Assembly (NCBI RefSeq): GCF_003367075.2
Contig: NZ_CP065936.1
Span: 330,001-362,000, forward strand
Length of the DNA stretch: 32,000 nucleotides
Source of the DNA: Cylindrospermopsis raciborskii Cr2010
GTDB taxonomy: Bacteria; Cyanobacteriota; Cyanobacteriia; Cyanobacteriales; Nostocaceae
Direction: 5' to 3'
Shown here: in pieces, positions 10,550 through 20,775 of the stretch
How positions within the stretch are numbered: the first letter of the stretch is position 1
Layout of the letters: every line of letters begins with the position of its first letter
Position numbers and translations under genes: made by a program
The notes under the pieces: generated by a model
What the model saw: only the letters and a program-made list of their open reading frames with translations
The model's database searches: none
What the model was told of the DNA's origin: nothing

Positions 10550-11092
10550 TTAATGTTCTATTATATAGCCAGCCCACATAAAACTAGCAGTTAATACGGT
10601 AGCTAGACCCACCAAAATACCCCTTAATAGTTTGACCTGGGAGCGGAGTTGTGTTACTTCATGGTTAACTTCATAAATTTGGTCTTGAGTCATGGGAGGT
10701 AGGGAATTAATATCTTTAATTACTTCCACCCTAGGACTTGGTAAGGGTGTAGGTTGGGGGGGTTTAAACTCTATTTGGGTATGTAACCAGTCAGCAATGA
10801 GTTGGGGGCAATTTTTTTTGAACCATTGCCAAGCAATCATCCGGAATGCGGGTTTGGATGTTTTCGAGATCCATTTTAAGAGCTTATTTATAGTACCGTA
10901 GCGAAACTTTTGGTTAATTAGATTATTGGCACCGATATCATAAAGACAATTCAAGATTAGTTTAATAGTGGACTCTTCCCTTTGAAACATACTAGATAAT
11001 AGTATTAACACATCCTGCATTAGTTTTTCTTCTAATTGAGCTTCGGTGGGTAATTTCCCGAATTGGTTGGGTGCGGGCAATTGTTGAGACAT
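10550..11092 (-). CDS. Hypothetical protein, 180 aa, with C-terminal transmembrane helix
   Basis: Full-length ORF convergent with mnmG. The C-terminus LRGILVGLATVLTASFMWAGYII is hydrophobic. Confidence 0.65.
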   Translation of the reverse strand: MSQQLPAPNQFGKLPTEAQLEEKLMQDVLILLSSMFQREESTIKLILNCLYDIGANNLINQKFRYGTINKLLKWISKTSKPAFRMIAWQWFKKNCPQLIADWLHTQIEFKPPQPTPLPSPRVEVIKDINSLPPMTQDQIYEVNHEVTQLRSQVKLLRGILVGLATVLTASFMWAGYIIEH

Positions 11093-11404
11093 AAATTTGA
11101 CACACTCTCAGTAGAAGCAGTGTAAGTTAAAGTGAGTATTTACAAGGTGGGAACACACTTGAAAATACGGATAATTAACGTCCTTGCCAAAAGATAGCAC
11201 CTTGAGCGGTATTAATTAACCAGTATTCAACCGATTGTTAAAAAAACTTAATATCCGGATGAAAATTACCAGAACTGGAAAGCACTATATGAACTGGTAG
11301 ATAGATTTTTAATTTTTGTGGCGTTGCAGCAGTGTTGAATCTGATATGGCAAGTGTTGTACCGTAGCGATGATAGTGTATACATTTTTGGAAGTGAGTCC
11401 TGCG

Positions 11405-13303
11405 ATGGTTAAACTCCGTCAATCTTCCTTTAGACGAATTTTAGTAACCAGAATATTACTGGTCTTTGTTCCGGTTTTATTAATTGGGGAAATAGCCGCA
11501 CTGAATAAAGCACGTTCAAGCTTGCTAAATAATGTTCGGCAAAATTTAATTGATAGTGCGATTAATAAAGGAGAGAAAATTACAGATGCGATCGCCACCC
11601 TAGAAACCAATTTACTGACAGCTACTCAGACTCAAGCGATAAAATCGGGGTCAGTTATAGAAGTGGAAAAATTAATCAAGCAAATAGAGAGATTATTGCC
11701 CAATCAAATTGATTGTATTCAACTCAATCATCTTGATAATAGGGATGATAGGAATCCGGTGATTGCTAGTAGCTGTGGCGATCAACCTTTGATAGAAAAT
11801 AGTATGTCATGGATTAATAGTCAATTTTCTGGTGGAATTAGTCATCAGGTTCACATTACACCAGTTTTACCATTGAAATCGGGAATTACTGGTAAACGTC
11901 CTGCAGAAAACCAACTGGAATTAGTTTTGTCAGCACCAGTGTATAATCAGCGGGGAAATTTGGCTTATGTTTTAATTATTAAAACTACACTACACCGACA
12001 AATGGAAAATCAACGAGGTTCTCTCATTGGTGCTTTAGTAGTGATTAGTGAAGACGGGACTATTCTGGCCCATCCATCTTTAGAAACCATAGGAACTAAT
12101 ATTAATAAATATACAGATTTGCAGCAGCTAAAAGGAGTTATTAAAGATGCTCTTGAGGGTAATAATAACTCCATAAATTTTCATTTTAGCGACGGAGAGG
12201 ACTCGGTAGCTGGGTATACAGCTATTCCCAATCCCATTACTAAACAAAGACAGGAAAAATGGGTGATATTAGCTGTTGCTAGTGTTAGAGATGCTCTTTT
12301 AGGATTAGATCAGATTAAACTGATACTTATTGCTTTAACAGTTGGTTTGGTAGGTGCTAGTTTATTGGTTTCCTTGTATTTGGCACCTTTGTTAGCAGAT
12401 CCTGTAGAGGAGTTAAGGGACTATGCTTTAAATATTCACAGTCATCATGCAGTACAACCAATTCCGCGCAATTTTAGAATTAAGGAGTTTAATCAATTAG
12501 CTCAAGCACTGGATCAAATGGTGGAACGACTGAAAGCATGGACAGAAGAGTTAGAAATGGCTTGGAAGGAGGCTAAATCAGCTAACACCGTCAAAAGTCA
12601 GTTTTTAGCCAACACATCCCATGAATTGAGAAATCCCCTCAATATTATTATTAACTGTGTGCGTTTAGTGAGAGATGGTTTATGTGACGATAAGGAGGAG
12701 GAATTAGAGTTTTTAAAAAAAGCTGATGATACAGCAATTCATCTTTTAGGGATTATTAATGATTTGTTAGATATTTCTAAAATAGAAGCTGGTAAACTTT
12801 CGGTGGTGATGATTCCGTTGGAATTACGCCAATTATTACTAGAAGTAATTAATTTACAATCAGTCAACGTGCAAAAGAAGGGACTGCAATTAAAATGTGA
12901 AATATCAGAGCAAGTTATCCCTATTAAGGGTGATAGAATCAAACTCAAACAGGTGCTGATCAATGTTATTGGTAATGCCACTAAATTCACTGAAGAAGGA
13001 AGTATTACAATTAGCACTAAAGTTATCAAACAACATAGTAAATTATATGTGGTTATTTCCGTGGTGGATACTGGTATAGGTATAGATCCACAGCAGCAGC
13101 AAAAATTATTTCGTCCCTTTGTGATGGTAGATGGTACGACCACGCGCAAATTTGAGGGAACGGGTTTAGGATTAGCTATTTCCCGCAATTTGATTGAATT
13201 AATGGGGGGGAAAATTACTTTGGAAAGTTTGGGTTTAAATCGGGGAACAACGGTTAAGATTATTCTACCACTTATAGATATTTCTCTGCTTATTAGTAGT
13301 TAG
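11405..13303 (+). CDS. Membrane sensor histidine kinase (Cache-like sensor, HAMP, HisKA, HATPase_c). The ORF track start is 11369; MVKLRQSS at 11405 looks more likely.
   Basis: H-box FLANTSHELRNPLNIIIN, VIGNATKFTEEG, VVDTGIGIDPQQQ, GTGLGLAISRNLIELMGG. Two TM segments flank a periplasmic domain with PVLPLKSG...AENQLELVLSAPVYN. Confidence 0.93.
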   Translation: MVKLRQSSFRRILVTRILLVFVPVLLIGEIAALNKARSSLLNNVRQNLIDSAINKGEKITDAIATLETNLLTATQTQAIKSGSVIEVEKLIKQIERLLPNQIDCIQLNHLDNRDDRNPVIASSCGDQPLIENSMSWINSQFSGGISHQVHITPVLPLKSGITGKRPAENQLELVLSAPVYNQRGNLAYVLIIKTTLHRQMENQRGSLIGALVVISEDGTILAHPSLETIGTNINKYTDLQQLKGVIKDALEGNNNSINFHFSDGEDSVAGYTAIPNPITKQRQEKWVILAVASVRDALLGLDQIKLILIALTVGLVGASLLVSLYLAPLLADPVEELRDYALNIHSHHAVQPIPRNFRIKEFNQLAQALDQMVERLKAWTEELEMAWKEAKSANTVKSQFLANTSHELRNPLNIIINCVRLVRDGLCDDKEEELEFLKKADDTAIHLLGIINDLLDISKIEAGKLSVVMIPLELRQLLLEVINLQSVNVQKKGLQLKCEISEQVIPIKGDRIKLKQVLINVIGNATKFTEEGSITISTKVIKQHSKLYVVISVVDTGIGIDPQQQQKLFRPFVMVDGTTTRKFEGTGLGLAISRNLIELMGGKITLESLGLNRGTTVKIILPLIDISLLISS

Positions 13304-13333
13304 GTTGACCCAATAATTTAAGTGTTATTTGAC

Positions 13334-13354
13334 TCCCCGGTCTAAAGACACGGG
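13334..13354. terminator. Candidate hairpin between convergent genes (CCCCGGTCT-AA-AGACACGGGG)
   Basis: CCCCG/CGGGG and GTCT/AGAC pair with one bulged A. An outer inverted pair GGTTGAC (13302-13308) / GTCAACC (13366-13372) surrounds it. Confidence 0.4.
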
Positions 13355-13407
13355 GGTTCAGGAGAAGTCAACCATATTTGCACATTTTAGACCCAAATTT
13401 TTGATAA

Positions 13408-14196
13408 CTAAATACCCGCACCATCCAAAAATTCTTGTATGGCTTTATCGCGAATATGACAGAGTTTCTGTTCCCTAGGTGATTCTTGATCTGCTATTAG
13501 TTTACCCACTAAAACTGGGCTCTTCAGATAACTAGGGAAAGATGGAATTGGGTCTTTGAGATTTTTGATTTCTTCCTCTAGCATTTCAATACGATTAACT
13601 AAAGCTCGAATTGCTTCTGCTTCAGAATCAGGTAGATTATTATGTTCCAAGGGAGCAATACGCACCCCTGAACGATAGATAATTCTCCCTGGTATACCAA
13701 CAACAGTACAATTGGATGGTACATCCCTGAGTACTACCGAACCTGCACCAATACGAACATTACTACCTATTTGGAGATTACCTAACACCTTAGCACCCGC
13801 ACCAACAACCACGTTTTCTCCCAGGGTGGGGTGACGTTTACCGCTTTGTTTACCCGTACCACCTAGGGTTACACCCTGATATATAAGAGCATAATCACCC
13901 ACAATGGCAGTTTCTCCAATCACCACTCCCATACCATGGTCAATAAATACTCCTTTACCAATTACCGCACCTGGATGTATTTCCACACCCGTGAAAAATC
14001 TAGCTATCTGGGAAATGAGACGGGGAATTAGGGGAATACCCATGGTATGTAGGGTATGTGCTATTCTATGGAAGATGAGAGCTTGTAAACCCGGATAGCA
14101 AAATAAAACTTCCAACCAGTTGCGAGCAGCTGGATCCCGTTCAAAGATAATACGAAAATCGTCACGCAGTGTAGATAGCATCGAGATATTATCCAA
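13408..14196 (-). CDS. cysE: Serine O-acetyltransferase
   Basis: Left-handed beta-helix hexapeptide repeats ([44 protein letters not shown]) and [14 protein letters not shown]. Confidence 0.96.
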   Translation of the reverse strand: MDNISMLSTLRDDFRIIFERDPAARNWLEVLFCYPGLQALIFHRIAHTLHTMGIPLIPRLISQIARFFTGVEIHPGAVIGKGVFIDHGMGVVIGETAIVGDYALIYQGVTLGGTGKQSGKRHPTLGENVVVGAGAKVLGNLQIGSNVRIGAGSVVLRDVPSNCTVVGIPGRIIYRSGVRIAPLEHNNLPDSEAEAIRALVNRIEMLEEEIKNLKDPIPSFPSYLKSPVLVGKLIADQESPREQKLCHIRDKAIQEFLDGAGI

Positions 14197-14269
14197 AAAA
14201 GCTACTTTCTTATTTTAAATCATAGGGCACTAGATTTCCAACTCTGGTGAAAAATATTGGTCAAAGTCT

Positions 14270-15961
14270 TTAATCTTTAAGCTGGAAAAACACTCCACCT
14301 TTCCACATCCCTGGGTTCTGACCATAATTGTTAATTGTGAGCGATCGCAAGTTTTTAAAAAGTGGTTGAGCGAACAATTCCCCCAATGGAACTAGGGGTT
14401 GTTGACTTTCGAGAAATCTTTGACTTTTTTGCCAGTCCATATACACATAACCCTGGTTGGTTTGTGATCTATGACCAGCAGCTGTCTTAAATTGGCGGTT
14501 TTGGGTAAGGGGATTTTCTTGATGGGTGAGGATTTTTTCCATTGTTAAAATATCGGAAGCAAAAATTTCATAGTTATCAACTGTTGTATGAAGACCTATG
14601 ATTTGTGCATCTACAACTTTATTAAGGAATTTTAGTTTTGTCCATGCAAAAATTGTTTGGTCATTTAATGGGAACGAACTAACATTAAATCCCTGTTTTA
14701 CAGCTACAGTATTTAAGTGAGCAATCCCCTGGATTAGACTGGGGGAATTTTCCACAATAAAGGTCCAATGAGTATTATCCTCCAAACTAGGAAAAATCCC
14801 CAGAGCATATTCGCCATCTATCCAACTGAAAATATCATTGGCCAAGGTGATTCCTAATTGTTCTTGAATTTCCCACAAATGTGGTAATAACCTACGAGTA
14901 CCTATAGTTGGGGATCCGTAAATAGTAGTTGTTGCTTGTTGCCAAAGTTTATTTATACTACTCTCCTCCTGGAGATTAGCGCCAATAATTGCTAAACCAA
15001 CAGATTCCGGAAGATAATTCACAGCATTATTTAACCTTGCCCTAGATGCTTGGTTAGGAACCGGGGATGGGTTAAAAAATCCAGTTTCTACCAACAAACC
15101 ATCAGGATTTAACACTAAGGAAAGAAGCTGACTATCATAGTTGGCAGAACTTGATGTTTCTGGAAACTCTAAATTTTGCCATCTTGCCAAATATGGTAAA
15201 TTAAAATATCCCAGAGCTAGGGCATTTTTAGGCAGTTCTTGAATAGCTTTTTGATATTTGGGAGAACTGACTAAATTCAAATTCGGAGCTTGAACATTAT
15301 TAATTGACTCTTTTAAAACCTTGATATCATTGGCAAACAAAACATATTTACCTACAACCGCACCAGCTAAAGAACTGTTGATTTCAAACCCCGAAAATTG
15401 ACTGGATATTAACTTGTTTTCACTGGGCAGATCATAAACCAACTTTGTACCATTATATTTTGCAACTTCTAGTGTTTTTCCTAATAAAGCTCTTTGAGAA
15501 AATAATAATTTAATAAACTCCCGGCTTTCAGTTGGATCCTCCGTTTCCAATATCATTAAATATCCCGGTTGCATGCCATTATCTGGGTTACGGTCTAGAT
15601 CCCCAGTGGTAACAACCAAGCTAATTTCCTTACCTAACCAGGATTGAATATCATTAGTTATATTTTTTGCCAATAATTTGGCGATCGCCTGAGTAAATTC
15701 CCGGTCTAAAGATTGTAACTCCTGGGGATTAACCAGTAGAGATATCATTGCAGGTGATGTTCGAGAAACAAACATACTAGCCCCCGGGTGAGAAATGGGG
15801 GTAATAGTCTTACTTGTATGGGGGAGCCAGTATAAGCCAGTAGTAGCAATTAACAGCAAAGTAATAATACCAGCCAAGATCCAACCAAAAGATAAGCGTT
15901 GATAATTCGCGTTCAAATTATTCACTTTTAACCTACTTTCCCGCTTTTTTGTCGCCACCAT
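14270..15961 (-). CDS. DUF3352-like membrane-anchored protein; likely start is Met at 15961 (MVATKKRE...)
   Basis: N-terminal TM (WILAGIITLLLIATTGLYWL), PLVEPSLOT-free open frame and the DUF3352-type organisation GYLMILETEDPTESREFIKLLFSQR...YVLFANDIKVLKESI. Confidence 0.75.
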   Translation of the reverse strand: MVATKKRESRLKVNNLNANYQRLSFGWILAGIITLLLIATTGLYWLPHTSKTITPISHPGASMFVSRTSPAMISLLVNPQELQSLDREFTQAIAKLLAKNITNDIQSWLGKEISLVVTTGDLDRNPDNGMQPGYLMILETEDPTESREFIKLLFSQRALLGKTLEVAKYNGTKLVYDLPSENKLISSQFSGFEINSSLAGAVVGKYVLFANDIKVLKESINNVQAPNLNLVSSPKYQKAIQELPKNALALGYFNLPYLARWQNLEFPETSSSANYDSQLLSLVLNPDGLLVETGFFNPSPVPNQASRARLNNAVNYLPESVGLAIIGANLQEESSINKLWQQATTTIYGSPTIGTRRLLPHLWEIQEQLGITLANDIFSWIDGEYALGIFPSLEDNTHWTFIVENSPSLIQGIAHLNTVAVKQGFNVSSFPLNDQTIFAWTKLKFLNKVVDAQIIGLHTTVDNYEIFASDILTMEKILTHQENPLTQNRQFKTAAGHRSQTNQGYVYMDWQKSQRFLESQQPLVPLGELFAQPLFKNLRSLTINNYGQNPGMWKGGVFFQLKD

Positions 15962-16001
15962 ATAGTATAATTTGAGTTGGCAGTTTAACAATTATGTTAC
16001 G

Positions 16002-16349
16002 ATGACTGATCAATCTTTTAAAGAAATTCGAGTTCAAGAACTACAACAACGTTTAATCCAGGATGGTTCAAATTTACAGTTACTAGACGTGCGAGAACCA
16101 CAAGAGATTGCCATAGCACAAATTTCTGGTTTTGTCAATCTCCCCCTGAGTGAATATAATCAATGGCAAGGAGAAATTTCCACCCGTTTTGATACTTCTA
16201 AGGAAACCCTGGTATTATGCCACCATGGTTCAAGATCTGCTCAAATGTGCCAATGGCTTTTATCTCAGGGATTTAGAGACGTTAGTAATATTGTAGGTGG
16301 GATAGATGCCTATTCTCTCTTGGTCGATAACTCCATACCTCGATATTAA
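16002..16349 (+). CDS. Rhodanese-like domain protein (start likely MTDQSFKEI)
   Basis: LLDVREPQEIAIAQISGFVNLPLSEY and active-site loop VLCHHGSRS. Residues following MCQWLLSQGFRDVSNIVGGIDAY are family-typical. Confidence 0.93.
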   Translation: MTDQSFKEIRVQELQQRLIQDGSNLQLLDVREPQEIAIAQISGFVNLPLSEYNQWQGEISTRFDTSKETLVLCHHGSRSAQMCQWLLSQGFRDVSNIVGGIDAYSLLVDNSIPRY

Positions 16350-16386
16350 ACACTGTGTTTACAGATAGGAAGTGCTTCATCATCTT

Positions 16387-16411
16387 GCTACCCATTAAAA
16401 GGTAGCTTTTT
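16387..16411 (+). terminator. Candidate Rho-independent terminator downstream of the rhodanese gene
   Basis: GCTACC-CATTAAAA-GGTAGC followed by TTTTT. Confidence 0.45.
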
Positions 16412-16637
16412 GTATCAGCAAGCACAAACTTTTGTAGAAAATTTATGGGAAGATTGTAGAATGGTTGGATATGGGTGATCCAGTATAAGTAATACAAATA
16501 TAGACAGGTACTGCAACTTGTTAGACTTTAGGTTTGTTAAAGTAATAGATTTTTAATTTCCCTTTATTTTTCCCTTGTCCGTGTCGCGAGACAAACTTTT
16601 GCACCCCTTAAAATACGCCTTCACCAAAATATACTTT

Positions 16638-17720
16638 ATGCAAGTCCAGCTGACAAATCGACAACAACATATACTATGGGCAACGGTAAGACATTACATT
16701 GCCACGGCGGAGCCAGTTGGTTCAAAAGCTTTAATTGAAGAGTTTGACCTTGGTATTAGTTCTGCCACTATTCGTAGTGTGATGGGCGTTTTAGAGAAAT
16801 CGGGTTTATTGTACCAACCCCATACTTCTGCGGGTAGGATTCCCTCGGATTCAGGTTATCGTATATATGTGAATCAGCTGATGAAACCGTCAGCAGCTTT
16901 AGTCAAGGAAGTGGAATCCACCTTACAGCAGCGACTACCTTGGGATGATTGGAGTTTAGAAGCCTTATTACAGGGTGCGGCACAGATTTTAGCGACTTTA
17001 AGTGGCTGTATTACCCTAATTACCATGCCACAAGCTAACACTACCCAAATCAGACACTTACAACTTTTACAAGTGGAAACGGGAAAAGTCATGGTGATTG
17101 TGGTCACTGATGGATATGAAACCCATTCCAAAGTGGTGGACTTGTTCCCAGAATCGGGTGTAAATCAACTGGAAGCAGAAACGATTGACAGAGAACTACA
17201 AATACTTTCTAACTTTTTAAATACCAGCTTGCGTAACTATACCTTATCAGATCTAGCCAATATGAATTGGAGTGAATTAGATCGGGAATTTCAAAGTTAT
17301 GGAGAACTGTTGAAAAAGTCCTTGACAGAATTACTCAAGCGTGCATCCAATCCACCAAATAGCCAAATTATGGTGCGGGGTGTGGGAGAGGTATTAAGAC
17401 AACCGGAATTTTCCCAGGTGCAGCAAGTACAAACAATAATGCATCTCCTAGAAGAAGAACAAGAACAACTATGGAAATTAATATGTGACGAACCGGAGAT
17501 AGAAGAAACTGGTCAACCCAAGGTAACAGTGCGCATTGGCACAGAAAATCCCTTAGAACCTATGAGAACCTGCTCCCTAATTTTTTCTAGTTATCGTAGG
17601 GGTACAGTACCTGTTGGAAGGGTAGGAGTTTTGGGACCAACTAGGTTAGACTATGAAAATGCCATTGCAGTGGTAGCAGCAGCAGCAGCATATCTTTCGG
17701 AAGCATTTAACTACTATTGA
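16638..17720 (+). CDS. hrcA: Heat-inducible transcription repressor HrcA (ORF track start 16575; probable start MQVQLTNRQ at 16638)
   Basis: [83 protein letters not shown]. Confidence 0.97.
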   Translation: MQVQLTNRQQHILWATVRHYIATAEPVGSKALIEEFDLGISSATIRSVMGVLEKSGLLYQPHTSAGRIPSDSGYRIYVNQLMKPSAALVKEVESTLQQRLPWDDWSLEALLQGAAQILATLSGCITLITMPQANTTQIRHLQLLQVETGKVMVIVVTDGYETHSKVVDLFPESGVNQLEAETIDRELQILSNFLNTSLRNYTLSDLANMNWSELDREFQSYGELLKKSLTELLKRASNPPNSQIMVRGVGEVLRQPEFSQVQQVQTIMHLLEEEQEQLWKLICDEPEIEETGQPKVTVRIGTENPLEPMRTCSLIFSSYRRGTVPVGRVGVLGPTRLDYENAIAVVAAAAAYLSEAFNYY

Positions 17721-17768
17721 TTTGCTATTGATGTTATGGTTTTAATTGGTGTGTAGAGGCGTGACAAA

Positions 17769-18416
17769 ATGTTCAGAAGAATCATGTTATTGGCAATATG
17801 GCTAGGGTTTGTCAGCTACGCCTTTTTCCTTGCTCCCCCTGATAACTTTCCCTTAACTGTAGAGCTAATCAAAAACCTGTGTATAGGAAATTGGCAAGGT
17901 ATTAATCCTGTGATTATCGCCCTATTTTATTTAATGGGAATTTGGCCTTTGGTGTATAGTGCAGTCTTGTTTTTTGATGGAAGGGGACAAAAAATAGTGG
18001 CTTGGCCATTTGCGTTTGCATCCTTTGGCGTTGGTGCTTTTGCCATTTTGCCCTATTTAGCTTTAAGAGCAGAAAACCCAGAATTTACGGGGGATAAAAA
18101 CTGGTTTTTAAAAAATTTCGACTCTCGATGGACAGGAATTTTATTAACTTTAGCAGCACTGGTTTTGGTAGGATATGGGTGGAGAGGGGATGGGTTTGAT
18201 TTTGTTCATCAATGGCAAACCAATAGATTTATTCATGTAATGACCCTGGATTTTTTGCTACTGAGTCTATTATTTCCCATACTATTGGGAGATGACATGA
18301 CGCGACGGGGTTGGCACAATCATCGATTATGGTGGTTATTTGCCTTGATTCCCCTTTTTGGTCCTTTGGTTTATTTGTGTGTTAGACCACCCATAAAAGA
18401 ATCAACCTCCCAATAA
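17769..18416 (+). CDS. Conserved integral membrane protein of cyanobacterial type
   Basis: Multiple hydrophobic segments in 215 aa; conserved-looking ends such as RRIMLLAIWLGFVSYAFFLAPP. Confidence 0.75.
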   Translation: MFRRIMLLAIWLGFVSYAFFLAPPDNFPLTVELIKNLCIGNWQGINPVIIALFYLMGIWPLVYSAVLFFDGRGQKIVAWPFAFASFGVGAFAILPYLALRAENPEFTGDKNWFLKNFDSRWTGILLTLAALVLVGYGWRGDGFDFVHQWQTNRFIHVMTLDFLLLSLLFPILLGDDMTRRGWHNHRLWWLFALIPLFGPLVYLCVRPPIKESTSQ

Positions 18417-18453
18417 TACCGGAGGTCAACAGTTGATAAAATAGATAAAATAT

Positions 18454-19212
18454 ATGCAGATCAACGAAAAAACAGATATTAAGAAACCACAACCTAGTCA
18501 AGATGAAAGCTTCTCAGCTAAAGAGTTTTTCAATAGACAGTGGGAAGTTTATCAAAAGGTATTAAACAATAATTACATGGGACATCAGGAAATATATGAT
18601 GTGCTACACAAATTATTAGCTGAATGGTCAAAACCCTTTACTATGCTAGATTTAGGGTGTGGGGATGCCAGTTTCACTAGTGGAGCTTTATTAAACACCC
18701 AAATTACTGAATATACAGGTGTAGACGTATCCACAGCTGCGTTGGTGGATGCTGAACAAAACATTGCCCTAATTGGATGCGAGAGAAAACTTGTGTCAGC
18801 AGACTGTTGGCAATTCACCAATGATTTAGTCCAAGATGGAACCCACAAATTTGATGTTGTTCTCATATCCTTCGCTCTTCACCATTTGCAACCGGAGGAA
18901 AAAGAACGGATAATTAATAATATCAGAACCCTGTTAAATCCCCATGGAGTTTTCATCCTTATTGACATCATCCGTCGAGAAAAGGAAGATCGGGAAAGTT
19001 ATATACAACGTTATTTAGGGAATGTGAAAAGGGACTGGTCTTTAATTGACCCCCAAGAGTATACAATGGTAGAAAATCATATTTCATCCAGTGATTTTCC
19101 TGAAACTCAGTCTTGGTTTCAAACCATCTCTCAAAAACTGGGTTTTAGCAACTTCACACCGGTTTATTGTGACAATTTAGATACTACAGAGCTATTGTGT
19201 TTTTATCGCTAG
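18454..19212 (+). CDS. Class I SAM-dependent methyltransferase
   Basis: Motif I MLDLGCGDASFTSGAL, then GVDVSTAAL, FDVVLISFALHHLQPEEK. Confidence 0.92.
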   Translation: MQINEKTDIKKPQPSQDESFSAKEFFNRQWEVYQKVLNNNYMGHQEIYDVLHKLLAEWSKPFTMLDLGCGDASFTSGALLNTQITEYTGVDVSTAALVDAEQNIALIGCERKLVSADCWQFTNDLVQDGTHKFDVVLISFALHHLQPEEKERIINNIRTLLNPHGVFILIDIIRREKEDRESYIQRYLGNVKRDWSLIDPQEYTMVENHISSSDFPETQSWFQTISQKLGFSNFTPVYCDNLDTTELLCFYR

Positions 19213-19224
19213 AGACTAGGAACT

Positions 19225-19827
19225 ATGCCATACAGTCAGTTCACATTTAGTAAAGTCAAAGAACAGTTTGACCTTACAGTTACTGAAGGCGTCCGGTTTT
19301 TTCCCCCAGATATTGACCCAATTGTACCTAGTCAAAAATTGCTAGCAATTTTAGAAGATATCCCATGGGCGATCGCAGTTGATACGGAAAAAGCTCGTTC
19401 TGAGGTAATTATTAACCCGGTGTTGTTAGAGCTGAGGCGTATATTTGATCGCCAGATCAGCATTTTTTCTGGGGAGGAATTTAGCGTTGATCCTGGAATA
19501 GGACTAACTGGATTTTGTGATTTTCTCATTAGTAAATCAGCGGAGCAGTTAGCTATCGAAGCACCTGCTATGGTAATTATAGAAGCAAAGAAGGCGGATT
19601 TAAAGGTTGGAATTGGGCAATGTATAGCGGAAATGGTAGCTGCACAGAGATTTAATCAAGCATGTAACCGACAAGTTTCCACAGTATATGGTTGTATTAG
19701 CAGCGGTACACAATGGCGATTTTTACAACTGGAAGGTTCCGTTGTTACTATTGATTTAACAGACTATCCTTTACCTCCAGTGGAGGTGATTTTAGGTTTT
19801 TTGGTTTGGATGATCAAAAACTGTTAA
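19225..19827 (+). CDS. Uncharacterised protein with PD-(D/E)XK nuclease-like motifs; paralogue of 7910-8527
   Basis: DTEKARSEVIINPVLLELRR...DPGIGLTGFCDFLIS...APAMVIIEAKK...GIGQCIAEMVAAQRFNQ. Confidence 0.75.
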   Translation: MPYSQFTFSKVKEQFDLTVTEGVRFFPPDIDPIVPSQKLLAILEDIPWAIAVDTEKARSEVIINPVLLELRRIFDRQISIFSGEEFSVDPGIGLTGFCDFLISKSAEQLAIEAPAMVIIEAKKADLKVGIGQCIAEMVAAQRFNQACNRQVSTVYGCISSGTQWRFLQLEGSVVTIDLTDYPLPPVEVILGFLVWMIKNC

Positions 19828-19850
19828 TAATAAACAGCATACCTGTGTTT

Positions 19851-20297
19851 TTAAAAATAACTTTGATTCAAAAGCTGTTCTAAACTGTAAGGACAATCTT
19901 GAGGGAAACTAACCTCAAATCTAGTTTTCTGTCGCACATATCTGAAAGCACCTTGGTATATCTTTTCTAGTTCAGTATAAAGATAATTGTGCAAGTTAGT
20001 TGTTAATAATCTCTCAAGTTGGTTCCGGAAACCGACAATTTCTGTTTGCCAATGATTTCTATTAATTTCAGACTCCTCGTGCCAATATTGCAATAATAAA
20101 AGATGCCTAATAATCTGCTCCAAAAGACTAGCTACAGCATTTTTATCTCTTTTACTCAATGCTTCTAGCTCCTCAACCAAATGCTGTAAATCCAAGTCAT
20201 AAAACCGTTTTTCTTTGAGCAAAACAATTGTTTTTTCCAACCATAAATTCTCATCTATATCATAAAGCAAGTGTAAATTTTCAGAACTGCTATACAT
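19851..20297 (-). CDS. DUF29 family protein
   Basis: LYDIDENLWLEKTIVLLKEKRFYDLDLQHLVEELEAL...IIRHLLLLQYW...FPQDCPYSLEQLLNQSYF. Confidence 0.85.
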   Translation of the reverse strand: MYSSSENLHLLYDIDENLWLEKTIVLLKEKRFYDLDLQHLVEELEALSKRDKNAVASLLEQIIRHLLLLQYWHEESEINRNHWQTEIVGFRNQLERLLTTNLHNYLYTELEKIYQGAFRYVRQKTRFEVSFPQDCPYSLEQLLNQSYF

Positions 20298-20303
20298 GAT
20301 TAT

Positions 20304-20750
20304 TTACACCTCACATTCCCGTTTAGTAATAAAATGACGGTAGCGAAACATTGCTTCCAATTGCACTTGAACCACCCACCCACCTATTAATTCTAGTCTT
20401 TCAGCACCGGGGAGAGAATATTTAATATTATCAGTTAATCTTGTTTGACCATTTTCTTCCATAAACTCATGACGATGTACCCATGAATCAAAAGGTCCTG
20501 ACACCTGTTCGTCAGTAAACAGTCGATATTTCTCACATTCAGTATGACGCGCTAACCAGGTCAGGGGTAGTACCCCCACAAACAATCTAAATTCTGTGAT
20601 AGCACCTTTATTGAGTCCCCCCTCCCGACGCAACACTTGCACAGGTTGCCAAGGAGGAGTAAGGAGCTTCAAAACATCCTGTCTCTCATGGAATTCCCAA
20701 ACTACTTGGACTGGTGCATTAATAATTGAAGAATGAGAAAAGTGTAACAT
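20304..20750 (-). CDS. SRPBCC (START/cyclase-like) family protein
   Basis: FSHSSIINAPVQVVWEFHERQDVLKLLTPPWQPVQV...DEQVSGPFDSWVHRHEF...TDNIKYSLPG. Confidence 0.88.
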   Translation of the reverse strand: MLHFSHSSIINAPVQVVWEFHERQDVLKLLTPPWQPVQVLRREGGLNKGAITEFRLFVGVLPLTWLARHTECEKYRLFTDEQVSGPFDSWVHRHEFMEENGQTRLTDNIKYSLPGAERLELIGGWVVQVQLEAMFRYRHFITKRECEV

Positions 20751-20775
20751 GAATAAAACCTAAATTGAATTTTTT

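Noticed and set aside
12739-13188. Minus-strand ORF of 149 aa
   Set aside because: Antisense to the HisKA/HATPase region of the histidine kinase.
16282-16497. Minus-strand ORF of 71 aa
   Set aside because: Overlaps the rhodanese 3' end and a candidate terminator; no family resemblance.
18454-19827. Restriction-modification system from the adjacent methyltransferase and PD-(D/E)XK-like gene
   Set aside because: The methyltransferase lacks DNA-methylase motifs such as DPPY/NPPY or a target-recognition domain. The paralogous PD-(D/E)XK-like gene near mnmG has no methyltransferase at all.
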